From Microcoleaceae cyanobacterium (GTDB lineage: Bacteria; Cyanobacteriota; Cyanobacteriia; Cyanobacteriales; Microcoleaceae), in NCBI GenBank assembly GCA_051652765.1, contig JBOFUV010000074.1, positions 1-64,000 of the forward strand: a stretch of DNA of 64,000 nt, in the 5' to 3' direction. The first letter of the stretch is position 1, and each line of letters opens with the position of its first letter. Under the pieces are notes generated by a model that was not told the DNA's origin, ran no database searches, and worked only from the letters and a program-made list of their open reading frames with translations. The translations under genes were made by a program, and so were the position numbers. Below, one piece after another: positions 43,151 to 53,146 of this stretch.

Positions 43151-43332
43151 TAGCAATCTGATTGAAGCGTGAACGTGGAATGGGTATACTACCCGTGTAG
43201 GCTTGCAGTCTATTCCCTACCTTAATATTAGACCTTCTCCCTAAAGTAGGTATGCAACATCCAATGCAAATTGAACAGAGATAGGAATTTTTGTATTCAT
43301 TTGCGGGGGCTAATCAGACAGGATAATTGCTA
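43151..43332. repeat. Dispersed MITE/REP-like element, copy 2
   Basis: Starts TAGCAATCTGATTGAAGCGTGAACGTGGA (matches 9381-9408). Possible right end AATTGCTA at 43325-43332. Confidence 0.5.
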
Positions 43333-43414
43333 CGGTTTAAGATTTAACTAAACATCCAACTAAACACTCAGTTAAACCTCAGTTTGAATATTAGTTTGAA
43401 TACTAGTTTGAATA

Positions 43415-45229
43415 TTAGTTTGAAGAATGAGTCTCGTTTAGGGTTTTGAGCCAATCTCTTACCCCCTCGATTGGTAAAGGACGAGAGAATAAATAACCCT
43501 GTGCCATGTCACAGTCTAGGGATTGAAGATGATCTAGCTGGGCTTGGGTTTCTACTCCTTCGGCAATGGTTTTCATCCCTAAGGTTTGGGCAAGGGCAAT
43601 AATCGCTTGAGCAATCCCTTGATGTTCCACCGTTTCAGCTAATCCTGTCACAAAAGACCGATCAATTTTTAAGATGTTCAAGGGGAATCGGTTCAAATAA
43701 GCTAGAGAAGAATAGCCTGTCCCAAAATCATCAATACTGAGCTGAATATTTAGGGCTCTGAGTTGTCTGAGACGGTGAATCACCTGTTCTGGATGTTCCA
43801 TCACCGCACTCTCAGTAATTTCCAACTTAAGACAATGAGGATTCAGTTGAGTTTCATGCAAAATCTGCTCAATTTGTGTAACTAAATCAGATAAATTGAG
43901 CTGTTTTGCCGACAGGTTAACGCTAATCGTGACAGCAGTTGGCAGCAGACTTTCCGTTTGCCAGGTCAACAGTTGGCGGCAAGCGGTTCGTAATACCCAA
44001 AACCCAATTGGAACAATCAGCCCTGTGTCTTCGGCAATCGGAATAAATTGCCCCGGTGAAACCAATCCTCGGCTTGGATGCCGCCACCGAACCAACGCTT
44101 CAAATCCCGCAAGTTTTCCGGTTTTCAGGACAATGATCGGTTGGTAATGAACCATAAATTCATCTTGGTCTATGGCTCGTCGCAAATCCTGTTCAGTCTG
44201 CAACGTGGCTAGCGCTTGCTGGTGCATTTTGGGGTCAAACACCTGATAATTCACTGTGCCCGATGCCTTGGCTTTGTACATAGCAGTATCAGCATCCCTC
44301 AGAATCTCTTCCGATCGCTGATATCCCTCCCCCAGGCAAATGCCAATGCTGAAATTAATGAAAATCTCATGGTCATCCAGATGAAAAGGTTCTTGTAAGG
44401 CTACTCGAATTTGTTCTGCCATTTGGATTGCAGTGTCTACGCCGTCAATGGCAGTCATTAACAACGTAAATTCATCTCCCCCAATCCGAGCCAAAGTATC
44501 TTCTGGACGACAACAAGATTGCAACCGATGAGCAGCACACACTAAAAGTTTGTCTCCGAACAAATGCCCCAGGGAATCATTGACAATTTTGAAGCGATCG
44601 CCATCCAAGAACAACACAGCAAACTGATAACTAGGCTCAGTTGTTTGACGACAGATTGCAGCTTCCATTTTTTGGAGTAAAAGAGTGCGGTTTGGTAAGT
44701 TGGTGAGGGGATCATGAAATGCCATATGCAACAGCTTCTCTTGAGCACTCTGAAGCTGAGCTGTTCGTTGCATCACTCGTTGCTCGAGTTCCAAATTTAA
44801 AGTTTGAACTTCAAGTTTTGCGGCGCGAATCTCAAGCTGATGCCGCGCCCGTGCCAGTACCTCTTCAACTTGAAATGGTTTTGTAATGTAGTCTGCCCCT
44901 CCAATGGTGAACGCTTTCACCTTATCTAATACATCATTTAAGGCACTAATAAATAGAATGGGAATATCTTGTGTTTTCTCATTAGACTTGAGGACTTGAC
45001 ACACTTGATAACCATCTAATTCCGGCATCATAATATCTAGTAAAATCAGATCAGGAGGATCGATGGCAATCGCATTCAGCGCTAGTTGACCATTCAAAAC
45101 TTTCCGAACTTTATACCCTTGTTGAGTCAGGATTTCTGACAACAGCTTGAGGTTCTCAGGGGTATCATCAACGATTAAAATATCTGTCCGGGTCTGAAAA
45201 TTAGGATTATTTTGATCGGTCGAAGTCAT
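43415..45229 (-). CDS. Response regulator with GGDEF and EAL domains (c-di-GMP synthase/phosphodiesterase)
   Basis: REC ILIVDD/DLILLDIMMP/DYITKPF, RIGGDEF, EALVRW and IDDFGTGYSS. Confidence 0.95.
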   Translation of the reverse strand: MTSTDQNNPNFQTRTDILIVDDTPENLKLLSEILTQQGYKVRKVLNGQLALNAIAIDPPDLILLDIMMPELDGYQVCQVLKSNEKTQDIPILFISALNDVLDKVKAFTIGGADYITKPFQVEEVLARARHQLEIRAAKLEVQTLNLELEQRVMQRTAQLQSAQEKLLHMAFHDPLTNLPNRTLLLQKMEAAICRQTTEPSYQFAVLFLDGDRFKIVNDSLGHLFGDKLLVCAAHRLQSCCRPEDTLARIGGDEFTLLMTAIDGVDTAIQMAEQIRVALQEPFHLDDHEIFINFSIGICLGEGYQRSEEILRDADTAMYKAKASGTVNYQVFDPKMHQQALATLQTEQDLRRAIDQDEFMVHYQPIIVLKTGKLAGFEALVRWRHPSRGLVSPGQFIPIAEDTGLIVPIGFWVLRTACRQLLTWQTESLLPTAVTISVNLSAKQLNLSDLVTQIEQILHETQLNPHCLKLEITESAVMEHPEQVIHRLRQLRALNIQLSIDDFGTGYSSLAYLNRFPLNILKIDRSFVTGLAETVEHQGIAQAIIALAQTLGMKTIAEGVETQAQLDHLQSLDCDMAQGYLFSRPLPIEGVRDWLKTLNETHSSN

Positions 45230-45261
45230 AGGTTAGCCTCGGGATTGAAGGGCAAAATTCA

Positions 45262-46557
45262 CTAATTATTGGGAACTAGAACAATTAATCCTTGAGGAAT
45301 ACTCTCAAATTTAACCGGAGTTGTTCCAAAAATTTCCCCATCCAGTGTAATTTTCTGGGGGGGATCGGTGATAACTTGTAAGCGTCGAGTTCTAAAGTGA
45401 TAAACATCGGGCAAATTTGGATCGACCCTAATCAGAGCCGCCCCCAACATATTAATCATGGTGGCAACAGCCCGCAGCTTGGGGCCGAGCAGTGCTTGTC
45501 CTGTGTCTGGAATCGTCGCAACCGTAACATCCAGCAAACCATCGTCAGGAATGACCTGGCCTTTGCCTTGGGCCAACACTGACGTAGCTGGAGCCGCATT
45601 CGCAACTGTAATCGCGACTGATTGGAACTGATAGGTATTGTCATCGACTTGAATTTCAGTTTCAAATTGGCCTTGTTCTCGCATCTGTTGCCATCCGGCA
45701 ATCAGGTAAGCTAGGGGGCCCCACTGATCCTTCAATTCTCGACTGGCTTTTTCTACGGTTTCAGCTTCATAGCCAATCCCGGCTAACAAAATCATTGCTC
45801 GGCCATTGCACCGGGCTGCATCTATGACTCGCTTTCGACCCGTGAGAATGACTTGACAGGCATTTCTCAGGGGAGTGACTGTTGTTGGAATCCCTAAGGC
45901 TAGGGCAAAGGCGTTGGCTGTGCCCCTCGGGATCACACCTAAAGCAATTTCTGTACCAATGAGTTCTCCGGCAACGGCAGAGATTGTCCCATCCCCGCCA
46001 GAGGCAATCACCACATCGGGACGCTTCTGCACGGCATCACGAGCCAACGCTTCAGCCGAAAGCTCAGGGGTGGTCAAGTGAACTTGTAAGTTGAAGCTGG
46101 GTTCCAACATTCTGGCAATCAAGGCTAACTCCTGATCCGGATTGCCCTGTCCCGCTACTGGGTTGAAGATCAAGTAAGCGATCGCCGTTTGGCGCAACTT
46201 TTCAATCACAGCCTCCGCCGTAGCCAGGTTGATCGCCAGAGGAACGTTATGAACGGCACAAATTCTCTGCAATGCTTGAATATCCGGTTCGTGGGGCTGA
46301 GCGTAGAGGGGATCAACCAAGAAAATAACGGCTGAAATCTTGCCTTCAGCTACTAGGGCTGAAATTTGTGCATCGCCCCCGAGGGGCCCTGACAGCATCT
46401 TTTCGACAACTAAACCTGTCCCATCCTGAATCCGTTGGCCCGTGGTTCCAGTCGCAATCAACTGATACCGACCGAGAAACTCACGATACTTTTGAATCAG
46501 GTTAACAATTTCATCTTTTTTGCGATCATGGGCAATGAAAGCAATTGTGGCAGCCAT
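45262..46557 (-). CDS. mgsA: Methylglyoxal synthase fused to a diacylglycerol-kinase-like (YegS) domain
   Basis: IAFIAHDRKK, ATGTTG, SGPLGGDAQI and QPHEPD, then IFNPVAG, SGGDGT, PRGTANAFA and LDGE. Confidence 0.92.
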   Translation of the reverse strand: MAATIAFIAHDRKKDEIVNLIQKYREFLGRYQLIATGTTGQRIQDGTGLVVEKMLSGPLGGDAQISALVAEGKISAVIFLVDPLYAQPHEPDIQALQRICAVHNVPLAINLATAEAVIEKLRQTAIAYLIFNPVAGQGNPDQELALIARMLEPSFNLQVHLTTPELSAEALARDAVQKRPDVVIASGGDGTISAVAGELIGTEIALGVIPRGTANAFALALGIPTTVTPLRNACQVILTGRKRVIDAARCNGRAMILLAGIGYEAETVEKASRELKDQWGPLAYLIAGWQQMREQGQFETEIQVDDNTYQFQSVAITVANAAPATSVLAQGKGQVIPDDGLLDVTVATIPDTGQALLGPKLRAVATMINMLGAALIRVDPNLPDVYHFRTRRLQVITDPPQKITLDGEIFGTTPVKFESIPQGLIVLVPNN

Positions 46558-46707
46558 AGGATTTCCTAGAAGTGAGTGAAGCTTTGGGAGTGTGAGGCGT
46601 TCAGGAGCCTCAAATTTTAGGAATGCCTAACCATTTTTCCAGGAAGTTGGTATATTGATTACTAGATCAAGTATTTAGCTATTTTATTGAGGAATGGAGA
46701 AAAACCT

Positions 46708-47211
46708 ATGGGAATTCTAGCTTTTTTAGGGGGAAGTGCAAGCGCCAACTCAGACTTCAATCTGGAGGGGCATCAAATTGATAAATTTGCAGTTCTGGCT
46801 CCAACTGACCCAAAGGTTCCGGCTCCTCGGAATCCAGGGCGTTTTACCTCAGTGCGTTCGACTCCTGTGTTAGAAGATCCTCGGTACTTTACTGGAGAGG
46901 AGATGAAAGTGCTGAAAGCTGTCGTCACCGAAAAAAAGCAGCAGCTTAAGTCCACCGCCGCAGGCTACGAAATCTTAAAACAGATTGATGATATCGATGC
47001 TTCGGTACATGCCACTCATTATAGTTATCGAGAGCATTTGGCGGGTAACGAAGTCAAAAAACTGGGAGCCAATGCCAAATACGCCGAAGCTCTACATGGG
47101 TTGCGTCCTCGGTATGTTGATTTGGGGACAAAGTTAGATCAAGCGAATCAAAAGGCTCAACTTAAAATTCAAGCGATGAAGTCTAAACTCCGTTCGGACT
47201 TGAATCGCTAG
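46708..47211 (+). CDS. Hypothetical protein with helical/coiled-coil C-terminus
   Basis: ATG at 46708 after GGAG. Lies 14 bp upstream of the YraN gene. Confidence 0.7.
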   Translation: MGILAFLGGSASANSDFNLEGHQIDKFAVLAPTDPKVPAPRNPGRFTSVRSTPVLEDPRYFTGEEMKVLKAVVTEKKQQLKSTAAGYEILKQIDDIDASVHATHYSYREHLAGNEVKKLGANAKYAEALHGLRPRYVDLGTKLDQANQKAQLKIQAMKSKLRSDLNR

Positions 47212-47225
47212 GTTCCTGAAATGGT

Positions 47226-47789
47226 ATGAATTCTCCCCCCGATCGGTCTACCTCTAAGTCTGAATCCAAGTCTCAACCCAAACCCAAATCGAAGTTTCAC
47301 TCTAAGCCACAGTCTCAGCAGGTTGGATGGCTCGGGGAGGAGTTTGTTGCCCATTGGCTCAAAATTCAGGGGTGGCACATTCTTCACCATCAGTACTATT
47401 GTCGTTGGGGAGAAATTGATCTGATTGCAATTCCGTCTGAGGAAAAGCTAGACGTTTTTTCGGCTCAAAGTCCTGTGCTCATTTTTGTTGAGGTTAAAAC
47501 TCGGAGTCGGGGGAATTGGGACGCTGATGGGATGCTAGCTATTACACCCGCCAAGCAGGCAAAATTAATTCAATCTGCCCAACTTTTTCTGAGCCAATCT
47601 CCAAGGCTGGCAGAACTTCCCTGTCGTTTTGATGTGGCGTTGGTGGGATGCCGTCACCTGAGAACGTCTCCTTCTGAACTGGATTGCCCATTCAACTTTC
47701 CCCTGAACGTTCAGATTGGACAAGGGGTTGAAGCTGCAGGCTATCAGCTAACCTTGCAACATTATCTGGAATCTGCCTTTGAGACATAG
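47226..47789 (+). CDS. YraN (UPF0102) family endonuclease-like protein
   Basis: GWLGEE, CRWGEIDLIA, IFVEVKTRS and PCRFDVA. Confidence 0.9.
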   Translation: MNSPPDRSTSKSESKSQPKPKSKFHSKPQSQQVGWLGEEFVAHWLKIQGWHILHHQYYCRWGEIDLIAIPSEEKLDVFSAQSPVLIFVEVKTRSRGNWDADGMLAITPAKQAKLIQSAQLFLSQSPRLAELPCRFDVALVGCRHLRTSPSELDCPFNFPLNVQIGQGVEAAGYQLTLQHYLESAFET

Positions 47790-47866
47790 GTTTAAATATG
47801 AAATCTCCTGCAGCATCTCTAGTTGCTACTGTCCTCCTTGGCAAAGGAGACTATGTTTAGTTAACC

Positions 47867-48928
47867 CTAAGGATAAAAATTCATTTTGGGTAACCCCAAG
47901 GTTTCGTCCCAACCCATCATTAAATTGAGACATTGTACGGCTTGCCCTGACTGACCTTTAATTAAGTTGTCAATGGTGGAGATGACAATCACCCGCCCCG
48001 TTCTTTGGTCTACCTCAATTCCCAGATAACAACAGTTAGTCCCGCAAACCCACTTGGTTTGCGGGAAGGTTCCGCTAGAGAGGATTTTGACCCAGGGAGA
48101 ATTGCGGTAAAACGCCCGGTAGATCGTGATTAAGTCTTCCCGGACTAACCCTGGATCTCGCAACGTGGCATAAACGGTGGCCAGAATTCCTCGAACCATG
48201 GGAATCAAGTGAGGAGTAAATTGGATGCGGATTTCATGGCCTGCGAGGTCGCTACAAATTTGTTCAATTTCTGGGGTATGTCGATGGTGCCCGCCGATAC
48301 CGTAGGTGGACAAAGAACTGTCTGCTTCAGCATGGAGTAAATGGGTCTTCCCTTGGCGACCCCCACCAGAGGTTCCTGATTTGGCATCTATAATTGCACT
48401 GTTCGGCACAACTAGCCCTTGCTTCAATAAGGGAGATAGCCCTAACAAACTTGCCGTGACATAACATCCCGGACATCCAATTAAACTAGCTTGGGCAATG
48501 CGATCGCGATAGAGTTCGGGCAGGCCGTAGACGGCTGTTGCGACTGTTTCCTGATCGGTTCGCTCAGTGCCGTACCAATTTTGATAAACCTGTAAATCAG
48601 CAAAGCGATAATCTGCCGAAAGATCTAAAACCTTACATCCCCGCGCCAACAGTTCAGGAACCATCTTCCAGGCTAGACCGTTGGGCAGGGAGAGAAATAC
48701 AGCGCGACAACGCTGGGCAATCTGGTCTAAATCGATGGGTTCAATCGTTAAGTCAACAAACGGCTCTAGATGGGGATACAAACTCGAATAGGGTTTCCCA
48801 GCACTACTATCGCCCCCTAAATAGACAATTTCCACCTCTGGATGATCCTGCAACAATCTCACCAGTTGCACTCCTCCGTAGCCGGAAGCCCCAATAATTC
48901 CTACAGGTAGACGTTCAGCATTGGTCAT
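47867..48928 (-). CDS. argC: N-acetyl-gamma-glutamyl-phosphate reductase
   Basis: [34 protein letters not shown] and [13 protein letters not shown]. Confidence 0.97.
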   Translation of the reverse strand: MTNAERLPVGIIGASGYGGVQLVRLLQDHPEVEIVYLGGDSSAGKPYSSLYPHLEPFVDLTIEPIDLDQIAQRCRAVFLSLPNGLAWKMVPELLARGCKVLDLSADYRFADLQVYQNWYGTERTDQETVATAVYGLPELYRDRIAQASLIGCPGCYVTASLLGLSPLLKQGLVVPNSAIIDAKSGTSGGGRQGKTHLLHAEADSSLSTYGIGGHHRHTPEIEQICSDLAGHEIRIQFTPHLIPMVRGILATVYATLRDPGLVREDLITIYRAFYRNSPWVKILSSGTFPQTKWVCGTNCCYLGIEVDQRTGRVIVISTIDNLIKGQSGQAVQCLNLMMGWDETLGLPKMNFYP

Positions 48929-49053
48929 GTTGCATGACTCCTTTGGAGCTTGAAAATATAAACACTTGATCTTTGCTGCATTTTAGTATCAAACCTTGGC
49001 ATCGGGTAGTCGTGGTTGGGTAGTAATTCTAAATTCGGACTCTGAATTTGCAG

Positions 49054-50271
49054 TTAGAGCAAGAGTCCCATTTCCACTAACCCTTGATGGAGCTGCTGAG
49101 CGGCGGTGGGATTCCTCACCTTGTAAAGCGCGATCGCAGTTTGAAAAGGGGCTAGGCTGGCCTGGATCTGGCCCAGTTGCAGCAAAACGACTCCTAAATT
49201 TTGGTAAGCTTCCGCATAGTCAGGATCAAGCTGAATGGCAGTCTCATAAGCCGCGATCGCCTCACTGTATTGTCCCATAGCCCGTAGTGTCATGCCGAGA
49301 TTGTAGTAACCCATTGCAAAACTGGGGTCAATGCTCAGCATTTGTTCATACAGGGTTTTTGCCTCTGGAAGATCCCCTGCTTCTTTGTACAAACTCCCCA
49401 GGTTGTTGTAAGCGCCCAGTTTGAGCCGAGGTAAAATGTCCAGGTTGGTGGCGGCTTGGTAATGGGTTTTTGCCAGGGCTACCTGGTGCTGTTTGCGGTA
49501 TGCAATCCCCAAATGATAGTGGAGTTCATACAGAATGCTGTGATCTTGAGGTCTAGTTTTGTCAGAAGGATTGGGAGTCAGTTGATTGAGCCCCCGTTCA
49601 AGCAGATGGATGCCAGTCACAATTTCCCCAATTTCGACATAGAGGGCTCCCAACTTGCTCGCCACATAAGGATCATGGGGATACTGTCTGTAATACGCTT
49701 CCATCGCCTGTTTTGCAGTTTGCAACTTGTTGCGCTGGGCGATCGCCTGGGTCTGATAGCCATAGTGGAAAATAGCAACCTCTGGGAGAGCGGTCACTTT
49801 CCACCCCGGTTCCTCAGCCAGAAGTTGAATCACGCTATCGTCAATTAAGGCATGGTAAGGCCGAGAGAACTGCAGATTGGGATGTCGTCTAAACAGGCGA
49901 GACACCAAAGAATAGGGAGATTGAGTTGCGCCAATTTCTTGTCTGACTAGATTGACCACCAAGCAGTTCTCTAATGCTGTTAACTGGTTAACTGTTGGGA
50001 TGATTTCAGGAGCCAATCGTTCATCGGCATCAAGCACTAAGACCCAATCCTGGGTGGCATAGCTCAAGGCTACATTGCGAGCAACGGCAAAATCATGACA
50101 CCAAGTAAACTCATAAACATTTGATCCAAGCTCCCGAGCAATTTGTATCGTTCTATCAGTAGAGCCTGTATCCAGAACAACTATTTCATCAACCAACGGC
50201 TTGACACTCTCCAAACATTGCAGCAAGTTGCTCTCTTCATTTTTGACAATCATGCACAAACCGATGCTCAT
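49054..50271 (-). CDS. GT2 glycosyltransferase with C-terminal TPR repeats
   Basis: GLCMIVKNEE, LDTGSTD, DFAVARN and LVLDADE, followed by TPRs (AYNNLG, YYNLG, AYQNLG). Confidence 0.92.
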   Translation of the reverse strand: MSIGLCMIVKNEESNLLQCLESVKPLVDEIVVLDTGSTDRTIQIARELGSNVYEFTWCHDFAVARNVALSYATQDWVLVLDADERLAPEIIPTVNQLTALENCLVVNLVRQEIGATQSPYSLVSRLFRRHPNLQFSRPYHALIDDSVIQLLAEEPGWKVTALPEVAIFHYGYQTQAIAQRNKLQTAKQAMEAYYRQYPHDPYVASKLGALYVEIGEIVTGIHLLERGLNQLTPNPSDKTRPQDHSILYELHYHLGIAYRKQHQVALAKTHYQAATNLDILPRLKLGAYNNLGSLYKEAGDLPEAKTLYEQMLSIDPSFAMGYYNLGMTLRAMGQYSEAIAAYETAIQLDPDYAEAYQNLGVVLLQLGQIQASLAPFQTAIALYKVRNPTAAQQLHQGLVEMGLLL

Positions 50272-50504
50272 GATCAATAGATTTGTCTCACTCAAGCTTA
50301 TACTCTCAAACTATAACAATCAGTACTGATTGTTAACATATCTGGGGTACAAGCTTCTAGCCTATGCAGAAAGATGCCTGCACTACGTTGACACTTAAAC
50401 CGGATCTATAACACTCTCAAAGGCTTGTTGAGTTTCATAAGTAACACCCATTGTTTACATCTCGTCTCAGGATTTACTCAGTTGTTGATAGCTTTTGACA
50501 GCGT

Positions 50505-51110
50505 CTATTCTGGCAAAATCATGACTTTGTCAATGACATGAATAATGCCATTGCTCGCAGCAATATCAGTATCAATCACTTTTGCGCCGCCAATAGTGAC
50601 AGCCTCAGACCCAACATTAACGTTTGCTAGCTTTCCTGCCGCCGTCTTGACCTCTCCAGAAGCCAAATCTCCGGAGGAGACTTTGCCCGGAACGACATGG
50701 TACTGCAAAAGTTTGGCAAGCTGATCTTGATTTTCCGGTTGCAACAGCTTCTCCAACGCCCCATCAGGCAGCGCATTAAATGCTTCGTCGGTTGGGGCAA
50801 ATAGGGTAAAAGGGCCATCCTTTTTCAAGGTATCCAATAGCCCTGACGCTTTCAACGCGGTCGCTAAAATTTTGAACCGACCATCAGCAAGGACAACTCC
50901 AACAATGTCACCCGCCCCGGCTGGGAGCAAATCAGTTGGAAGTTGAGTGATTTCTAGAGCAACCTGTTGGTCTAGAGAGGAACTCATCACCGAATTTGGC
51001 ATAGAACTAGATTGCACTTGAGTCGTAGCAACAGTCAAAGAACTGATAACCGTGATCCCAACGATGCTAGCAAGCTTCCCTGATTGATTTAAGACTTGTT
51101 TAAGAGTCAT
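50505..51110 (-). CDS. Fasciclin (FAS1) domain protein, secreted
   Basis: FTLFAPTDEAF, LQYHVVPG and ASNGIIHVIDKV. Confidence 0.92.
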   Translation of the reverse strand: MTLKQVLNQSGKLASIVGITVISSLTVATTQVQSSSMPNSVMSSSLDQQVALEITQLPTDLLPAGAGDIVGVVLADGRFKILATALKASGLLDTLKKDGPFTLFAPTDEAFNALPDGALEKLLQPENQDQLAKLLQYHVVPGKVSSGDLASGEVKTAAGKLANVNVGSEAVTIGGAKVIDTDIAASNGIIHVIDKVMILPE

Positions 51111-51349
51111 GATTAAAGTTCCAATACGTAAAGTCAAAGTGGACAACGCCATAACATGGTAACAAACGTAGAGACTATTCAGCTATCAGCCTTTTGGCAG
51201 AGTTGTTTCTGTGGGTTAGGCATCCTGCCTGACTTAGATAGCCGTCCCGGCTATCCTATAGATTCAATCCATCAATCTAGGCAGCAGACAGGGTTCCCTT
51301 TTAGATATTCCGTCACCTCTTTGACCCCTGCTGCCATAGCTTTAGTGCT

Positions 51350-51379
51350 AAAAAAACTCCCAGATATGAACCTGGGAGT
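51350..51379 (-). terminator. Intrinsic terminator after pilO
   Basis: ACTCCCAG/CTGGGAGT stem followed by a T7 run on the - strand. Confidence 0.7.
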
Positions 51380-51459
51380 CAACGAAGTTTCAAACCACGT
51401 CGCCTTAATTAACATTGCCCAACTAGACCCTTGAGAACAAGGCAAATAACTAAAACAAT

Positions 51460-52266
51460 TTATTGGGGTTGAGCTTCTGCCGCTGGAGCAGGTGGGGTCG
51501 CCGGAGCTACCGCTGCCTCCAATTGCTCCTGAGTCAATGGCATTAGCGCCTCTAGATCAAAAGAGGTTTTCACCCGACGCTGAGGTTGCTGAGTTGACTC
51601 TACAAATCGCCCTTGCTTATATTCTCCTGCAACAATAGAAGTCCCCTCGGTTAGCTCAGTCTTGAGATTCCGTACCACCAACATCGGTTGCATTCGTTCT
51701 AGAATCACCATGAACTGACGAGTCTGGGGAAAGCTGCCCTCAAATTCAACTTTGTACTGCCGCCGCCGTAGTTTTCCATTGACTTCAGACCCCAAAGAGC
51801 CATCACTGACAATTTCTGTACTTGGCGGAGTCACCAGAACAGGCTCAAATTTGGTAATTCGAGCTCTTTCTTCAATCGTTGTGATTTCAGCGTTGACCTG
51901 ACGATTCAATTGCTCTTCCACATCAAACAGCAAGGTGTCCAGGGTTTGCTGGCTAGCAAACAAATCAGTCACGTCCGCTCGCCGTTGCTGCGCCTGAGTC
52001 AATCTAGCGTTGGCTTCAGCTTCCTTACTCAGACGCTCATCTTGTTGCTTGATTTCTTGCTGCTTTGTTTCAATCTCTGTCTTTAAAGTTCCGCCTTTGC
52101 TGAGGGTTGGCATCACTAGCTTGAAAAGACCAGCCAAGGCCAGTAATGTTCCTAGAACTCCAATCAGAATACCCAGATTTCGAGGAGTGAGCGTCACCCC
52201 AAAGATACTTGGGCCAGACGCTTCTAGTTCCTCATCTGCTTCAATAAACTCGTTGGCTGCTGTCAT
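51460..52266 (-). CDS. pilO: Type IV pilus alignment protein PilO
   Basis: TM helix and coiled coil, LDTLLFD and VEFEGSF..ERMQPMLVV. Third gene of pilMNO. Confidence 0.85.
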   Translation of the reverse strand: MTAANEFIEADEELEASGPSIFGVTLTPRNLGILIGVLGTLLALAGLFKLVMPTLSKGGTLKTEIETKQQEIKQQDERLSKEAEANARLTQAQQRRADVTDLFASQQTLDTLLFDVEEQLNRQVNAEITTIEERARITKFEPVLVTPPSTEIVSDGSLGSEVNGKLRRRQYKVEFEGSFPQTRQFMVILERMQPMLVVRNLKTELTEGTSIVAGEYKQGRFVESTQQPQRRVKTSFDLEALMPLTQEQLEAAVAPATPPAPAAEAQPQ

Positions 52267-53096
52267 TATTGAATAACTCCTTTACGCTGAAGTGTTTCAA
52301 TGCGATTTACTAAGCCTGCAGCACCATTATTCTTAAGCTCTGGTAGCAGTTCAGAAGCAGTTTTCGGACTCAGCTTAGTTTCGACTTTGTACTCCACAAT
52401 AGGCTGTAACTCTGGGGCATTACTTGCGTTGCCTCCGGACTGAGACTCGGCAACCAACTGGGTTGGATTATCCTTTAGAGCTCCTGAAACAAGCCTCGTT
52501 TTCCCTCCATCAACAAAGGGAGACTGATCCAAAAGCAGGATAAAGTCATTCACCTGGGTGAAAGAGTTGGCCTCCCCAGAAATTGTTAAAGTTGCAGTTT
52601 CTAGGGGAGGCGGAGGAGGGGCTGCAGCAGGAGGTTGACCTTCTGCGGGGGGAGCCGCCGGAGCCGCTGGAGCCACAGGGACTGGAGCTGTTTCCTGAAT
52701 CTGCTTGATCCGAACTCCAGCCGTTTGCATCAGCTCAGCCAATTCAACAGATAAGGCAGACCAGGGCTTAACTTTGTTAAATACACTGGCTAACGCATCT
52801 GCTTCTTCGTTGGCTTGTTTCGCTTGGGCTTCAATTTGATCCAGCGCCTGAACCTTAGCAGTTTTTTCACCCAGCCGTGCAGTCAACTCATCGAGTTCCC
52901 GCTGAAGCTGAGCATTTCGTTGACTAAACACTAACCAAACCCCACCCATCAAGGCATTTGCAGCTAGGGCAACCGCAGTTCCAATTAAAATTGGCCTGCG
53001 ATTAAGTGGAGCACCGCTAGGAGTCAGCGATCGCTTCTCAGCTTGGGGTTTGTAGTCAGGGCGGTCATTTAAGAAGTTGATATCAAGGCTGTACAT
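52266..53096 (-). CDS. pilN: Type IV pilus alignment protein PilN
   Basis: MYSLDINFL (INLL-like motif), TM helix, PWSA and ISGEANSFTQVNDF. Confidence 0.9.
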   Translation of the reverse strand: MYSLDINFLNDRPDYKPQAEKRSLTPSGAPLNRRPILIGTAVALAANALMGGVWLVFSQRNAQLQRELDELTARLGEKTAKVQALDQIEAQAKQANEEADALASVFNKVKPWSALSVELAELMQTAGVRIKQIQETAPVPVAPAAPAAPPAEGQPPAAAPPPPPLETATLTISGEANSFTQVNDFILLLDQSPFVDGGKTRLVSGALKDNPTQLVAESQSGGNASNAPELQPIVEYKVETKLSPKTASELLPELKNNGAAGLVNRIETLQRKGVIQ

Positions 53097-53146
53097 AACC
53101 TCAAACCTCTGAAAATCAAGGGGGGATGGGTGTTTAGAGCAATACC

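Noticed and set aside
51156..51434. 92-aa + strand ORF between the fasciclin gene and pilO
   Set aside because: It spans the pilO terminator and the fasciclin promoter region, with no recognisable protein features.
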